Below, one piece after another: positions 60,135-64,000 of a stretch of 64,000 bases of DNA. Each line of letters opens with the position of its first letter. Positions within the stretch are counted from its first letter, which is position 1. The position numbers and the translations under genes were made by a program. The notes beneath the pieces were generated by a model. The model was given only the letters and a program-made list of their open reading frames with translations, ran no database searches and was not told where the DNA came from. The stretch is from a bacterium (lineage in GTDB: Bacteria; SAR324; NAC60-12), in assembly GCA_965209155.1 (NCBI GenBank), contig OZ242383.1:1888001-1952000 (forward strand), written 5' to 3'.

Positions 60135-61391
60135 ATGAAAAAAGTAAAATTGTTATTGATGACCCCATTGCTGATGGTATTCTTTTTCAGCACATCGGTC
60201 TTTGCTCAGACTATCAATATTTTAACGGATGATCCTCCCTCAGTCCAGTTTCTTGAAGCGTTCAGCAAAGCTTCGGGGGTTCCCTCAACACACACCGTGA
60301 ATGACAATACTGCCCATCAAGCGTTGGTTCGCCAGCTTTTAAGGACGCCGAAGGCGCCGGCAGTGTTTAAATGGTGGAACTACTACAAGATGACGGATTT
60401 GATCGAAGCGGATTTGCTGGAAGATATCACGGATCTTTACGACGCCCGTGTCAAAAGCGGCGATATGCCGGAAGGTCTGAAAAGCACTTTAGGGAATGTT
60501 CCCTTCGATGGAAGAGTCTTCGCCATACCGACGAGTATCAACACCTTTGTTGTATTTTATAATGTGAAGGTCTTTAAAAAATATGGTCTCGAAGTGCCTG
60601 AAACCTGGGAAGATCTCTGGCATGTTGCAGCGACGTTGAAAGCCAATGGGGTGACACCCTTCGGTTTCCCATTAATCGAACAAAAGCTCTGGGCGGGGGG
60701 GCTTATGTGGACGGAACTCTTTATCCGAGATGACCCTGAAACCTACGACAAATTGACGATCGGTGAGGCCAGTTTCGACCACCCCTCCGTTGTTCGTGCG
60801 ACTGAATTGTGGGCTAAAATGAATAAATGGGGATATTTCTACGATCATTCAATCGGTTTTATGGCTAACGTTAAAGCATTTGGTGAGGGGAAATTCGGGA
60901 TGTTTTATGTGGGTGACTGGGCTGATGGTATTATTCTCAATGCAGGAATTAAGCCCCATGAGGAATATGATATGTTCGTCTGGCCCGGAAAGACGGAAGC
61001 GGGAGCCAAGGCTATGATCCTGGAGATCGGTCCTTATTTGTTAGGAAAGAATACGGTAGCCGATAAAAAGGCACAGGCCAGGAAATGGGCTGATTTTTTC
61101 ATGTCCAAAGAAGGAGGGGATGTATGGGCTGATGAAATGAAAAGACCCTTTCCCCACAGAAAGGTATCTGGAGATAAGGTCGGTTCAGTGATACGACCAG
61201 TCCAGAACGATGTTAAACAGGGAAAGTATAAGTTCTATCGGCGATACTTTGAGGGCACCCCGACTGAATTAGCGGACCACATCGGCGGAGAACTCATGGT
61301 CAAGATTGCCTTGAATCCCGATGATTGGCGGGAGATTCTCCAAGAAGCGAAAACATTTGCCGATAACTACTGGAAACAACACGGCAAATAA
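60135..61391 (+). CDS. Family-1 (sugar-type) ABC solute-binding protein (alternative start 60102)
   Basis: Signal peptide ending VFA; VFYN..FKKYGLEVPETW; duplicated GAGG-ATG at 60081-60137. Confidence 0.88.
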   Translation: MKKVKLLLMTPLLMVFFFSTSVFAQTINILTDDPPSVQFLEAFSKASGVPSTHTVNDNTAHQALVRQLLRTPKAPAVFKWWNYYKMTDLIEADLLEDITDLYDARVKSGDMPEGLKSTLGNVPFDGRVFAIPTSINTFVVFYNVKVFKKYGLEVPETWEDLWHVAATLKANGVTPFGFPLIEQKLWAGGLMWTELFIRDDPETYDKLTIGEASFDHPSVVRATELWAKMNKWGYFYDHSIGFMANVKAFGEGKFGMFYVGDWADGIILNAGIKPHEEYDMFVWPGKTEAGAKAMILEIGPYLLGKNTVADKKAQARKWADFFMSKEGGDVWADEMKRPFPHRKVSGDKVGSVIRPVQNDVKQGKYKFYRRYFEGTPTELADHIGGELMVKIALNPDDWREILQEAKTFADNYWKQHGK

Positions 61392-61409
61392 GAATGACAG
61401 GGGCAAATC

Positions 61410-61624
61410 CTCCCCCCCAACCCAGCTGGGGGGGGGGAATGCTCAGCGCGGAAGGTCAGAAATATATGCTGGAGCAGCCCTGGTTAGCCTTCTGGCCGGG
61501 CATGGCTCTGGCCACTGTGATTTATGGGATTAACATGCTCGGGGATGCCATGCGCGACCTGCTCGATCCCCGACTGCGCAGCAATGTAGGCCGCCTGGGT
61601 TTACCGAAAAAGCGCAATAAATGA
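61410..61624 (+). pseudogene. DppC C-terminal remnant
   Basis: PSWGGGMLS..WPG..GDAMRDLLDPRLR. Confidence 0.85.
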
Positions 61625-61640
61625 AGAAAAGAGAACGAAT

Positions 61641-62882
61641 ATGAAACCAAATAAAAACCAATCCATTCCTCTGGGGATCCCAGAGATTTCGCCCGATCGG
61701 TTCATACCCTCCGACAGCGCAGGCATTCAGGCGCACCTGCAGGAGCATGGCTTTGTGTGCGTACGTGGATGTATGAGCCAGCCCGAACTTGACCATGCCG
61801 AAGACCTCCTGTGGCAACACTTGGAGGGCGTGGAAGAGACCACGCAGCGGATGGCACAGAAGCGACCCATCGGGTGGCGGCGGGGGCAGCCCACGACATG
61901 GTTGGAGGGGCGCGGAGACGGTCTGATGTCTAGCACAACACACTGCGATTCGATGTGGTATGTGCGATCGAGGCCGGAGGTCATCAACGCCTTCCACACC
62001 GCCTACGGCACACACGACAATTCTGAGCTGGTGGCGTCGTACGACCGTATGTCAGTGAACTTGCCGACCTCCAGTAGAAACCCAGAAACACTGCGTGTGG
62101 CTGCGACGACCTCGCAGCACGGCAAGTTTGGTGTGGCGCAGCAGATGCACACGCACTCAGGCCAGTGGTATGGTCCCGAGTTCAGTGGCCCCGAGTACTA
62201 TGCCATCGTGCCGCTCTTCGATATGAACCGGAAAACGGGGGCGACGGCAGTGGTTCCGGGTTCCCACTGCAAGGTCCAGGAGATCAAAGAGCGGTGGCAT
62301 CAGAAGTGGGGTTCCCAGAGCCACGGCCAGAACAGTGACGAAGAGAAACTCCTGGCATCTGCGGACCTGGAGCCCTTCGAGCAGTGTGGTCTGACACCTT
62401 GCGTCACCAACATCAAAGCCGGAGATTGCATCCTCTTCAACAGTGCGACCTTCCACGGCGGCTATGCGGCAGAAGATCCCACAGGAGAAAGCAGCAACGG
62501 CCCCAATCAGCTCCTGCGAGCCATCTACATTATGGGTATGTCTTTATTACAGCTGCAGACCCCAGAGATCCTGGAGGCGAGGCGCAATGCTTATGAACTT
62601 GACTTGTTCTGGCCGCAACCCTTCCCGCATGCTGCCTTTGCTCAATACATCCTCGCTGGTCAGTTCGATGCCCAATACGAACAGTCACTCGGGTGCGTGG
62701 CCCGGCCGGGTGCAAGGGAGGAGATAATCGAAGGAACAATGGAAGATGCCCTGGCCTCTAATTACTTGGACCGGCAGGTCACAGGGGAAACGATGTTTCC
62801 TCGGATCCGGGAGTTTGCCGAGGCGGAGCCAGGGGTGCAGAGGTTGATCGACCCGATTTATGCTGATGCTGCTAAGCTCTAG
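61641..62882 (+). CDS. PhyH-like Fe(II)/2-oxoglutarate dioxygenase-fold protein
   Basis: EHGFVCVR, GATAVVPGSH, KAGD..LFNSATFHG. Confidence 0.7.
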   Translation: MKPNKNQSIPLGIPEISPDRFIPSDSAGIQAHLQEHGFVCVRGCMSQPELDHAEDLLWQHLEGVEETTQRMAQKRPIGWRRGQPTTWLEGRGDGLMSSTTHCDSMWYVRSRPEVINAFHTAYGTHDNSELVASYDRMSVNLPTSSRNPETLRVAATTSQHGKFGVAQQMHTHSGQWYGPEFSGPEYYAIVPLFDMNRKTGATAVVPGSHCKVQEIKERWHQKWGSQSHGQNSDEEKLLASADLEPFEQCGLTPCVTNIKAGDCILFNSATFHGGYAAEDPTGESSNGPNQLLRAIYIMGMSLLQLQTPEILEARRNAYELDLFWPQPFPHAAFAQYILAGQFDAQYEQSLGCVARPGAREEIIEGTMEDALASNYLDRQVTGETMFPRIREFAEAEPGVQRLIDPIYADAAKL

Positions 62883-62914
62883 TCTAATATGCAGCTCAGC
62901 TGGAAGGAAAGATT

Positions 62915-63031
62915 ATGAAACGCAAAACAGCATGGGAATTAACCGAAACGGATCTCAAGGAAATCGATGCCATTTTCAAAGAAGAAAACAGTCCGACTTA
63001 TTTTGATTATCCAATGGCTTTGGCTGTATAG
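62915..63031 (+). pseudogene. Deletion remnant resembling an aldo-keto reductase C-terminus
   Basis: AAGGA RBS, MKRKTAWELTETDLKEIDAIF..*. Confidence 0.45.
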
Positions 63032-63180
63032 AGTGGTTGGTTCGATTTACAGGATGACAAATCTTACACTTTTAAAGGCAACCTGGTAAAAGATACTTTG
63101 CAATAAGTACGATGAGAGAGAGCACTGTGGATTTGCCAATAAAAGGAATCCATCGATACGGCGAGAGGAGGATCCGATGG

Positions 63181-64000
63181 ATGAGTGCGATAGGGCCTTA
63201 TCTCTATATTCTCCCGGCGCTGCTCCTCGTTTCTATCATGCTCCTTTTGCCCGTCTTCTTTACGCTTGGCATCAGCTTTACCAAATGGGATCTCCTCTCA
63301 GATCCCCAATGGGTCGGTTTCGCCCAATATCAGAAGGTGTTTCAGAGTTCAAAATTTCTGACCTCCTTAGGCAATACGCTGCTCTGGACGGTGGGAACCA
63401 TGCTCGTTCCGGTGCTTCTGGGATTGTTGCTGGCCGTTGCCTTAGACAGAGTAGCCGGGGAGAGAATCTATAAGTTTATGATCTATCTCCCGCGCGTCCT
63501 CGCCCCGACGGTGTTAGGGGTCATCTGGAGCTTTATATACGCACGTGATGGCCTCTTGAATGAAGCTTTAAGATTGATCGGATTGGAGGATCTGGCACGA
63601 TCCTGGCTGCTTACGCCACCCGTTAACACATTTGCCATGATTGGCACCTTTACCTGGGGGATCACCGGTATTAACATGATCCTCTTCCTGGTCGGTCTGC
63701 AGACCATTCCCAAGGAGATTGTCGAGGCGGCCAAGATCGAGGGTGCTTCGGAGTGGAAAATATTCACGGATATCAAGCTGCCGCTCCTGGGGCCGATTAC
63801 CACCATCGTCGTCACGATGTCCGTCATCGGGAGTTTTACAACCTTCGACCTGGTATGGGTGATGACCAAGGGAGGGCCTTACGGCTCTTCGGAGACCTTG
63901 GCGGTCACCATGTTTAACGAGTCATTTAACCTTTTTCATGTGGGCACGGGCGCGGCCATCGCCATTGTGTTGTCCTTATGCACCCTGGGCTTCTCCATCC
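63181..64000 (+). CDS. Carbohydrate ABC permease (UgpA/MalF type), partial; absent from the ORF track
   Basis: Manual translation MSAIGPYLYILPAL..EAAKIEGA..FDLVWVMTKGGP; open to the window end; possible GTG start at 63127. Confidence 0.9.
   Translation, partial: MSAIGPYLYILPALLLVSIMLLLPVFFTLGISFTKWDLLSDPQWVGFAQYQKVFQSSKFLTSLGNTLLWTVGTMLVPVLLGLLLAVALDRVAGERIYKFMIYLPRVLAPTVLGVIWSFIYARDGLLNEALRLIGLEDLARSWLLTPPVNTFAMIGTFTWGITGINMILFLVGLQTIPKEIVEAAKIEGASEWKIFTDIKLPLLGPITTIVVTMSVIGSFTTFDLVWVMTKGGPYGSSETLAVTMFNESFNLFHVGTGAAIAIVLSLCTLGFSI

Overview
Bacterial chromosome window, probably from a deltaproteobacterium-like diderm (inferred from the sigma54/bEBP enhancer style, Gld-type ABC, and RodZ/LolB-like genes). 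No rRNA, tRNA or CRISPR array was seen. Bases 1-33 kb and 58.8-64 kb are heavily reshuffled accessory regions. They hold an IS1111-group (IS110 family) element, a 1983-aa kinase-like/ATPase/GAF/sigma54 activator, and four family-5 plus one family-1 ABC solute-binding genes. They also hold intact and broken DppB/DppC permeases (no DppD/F ATPase), catabolic enzymes, and a graveyard of toxin-antitoxin pieces. Bases 33-58.7 kb are mostly housekeeping (topA, aroA, pyrF, dac, gld-like ABC, modA, degP/Q). Best findings: (1) the IS1111 bridge/seek RNA can be decoded from the sequence, with all four guides matching the real target flanks and the circle junction, and its target is a palindromic repeat. 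(2) A transposase-less cassette with IS200/IS605-like hairpin ends carries a four-helix-bundle gene, in two near-identical inverted copies plus a gene-less third copy. (3) An IS1595 zinc-ribbon/HTH is fused to a pseudokinase-ATPase-sigma54 activator, with a candidate enhancer and promoter downstream. (4) A conserved leader hairpin and stacked in-frame start sites precede the solute-binding genes. (5) A PemK toxin is split into complementary halves 10 kb apart. Functional names come from motif recognition, not database searches.
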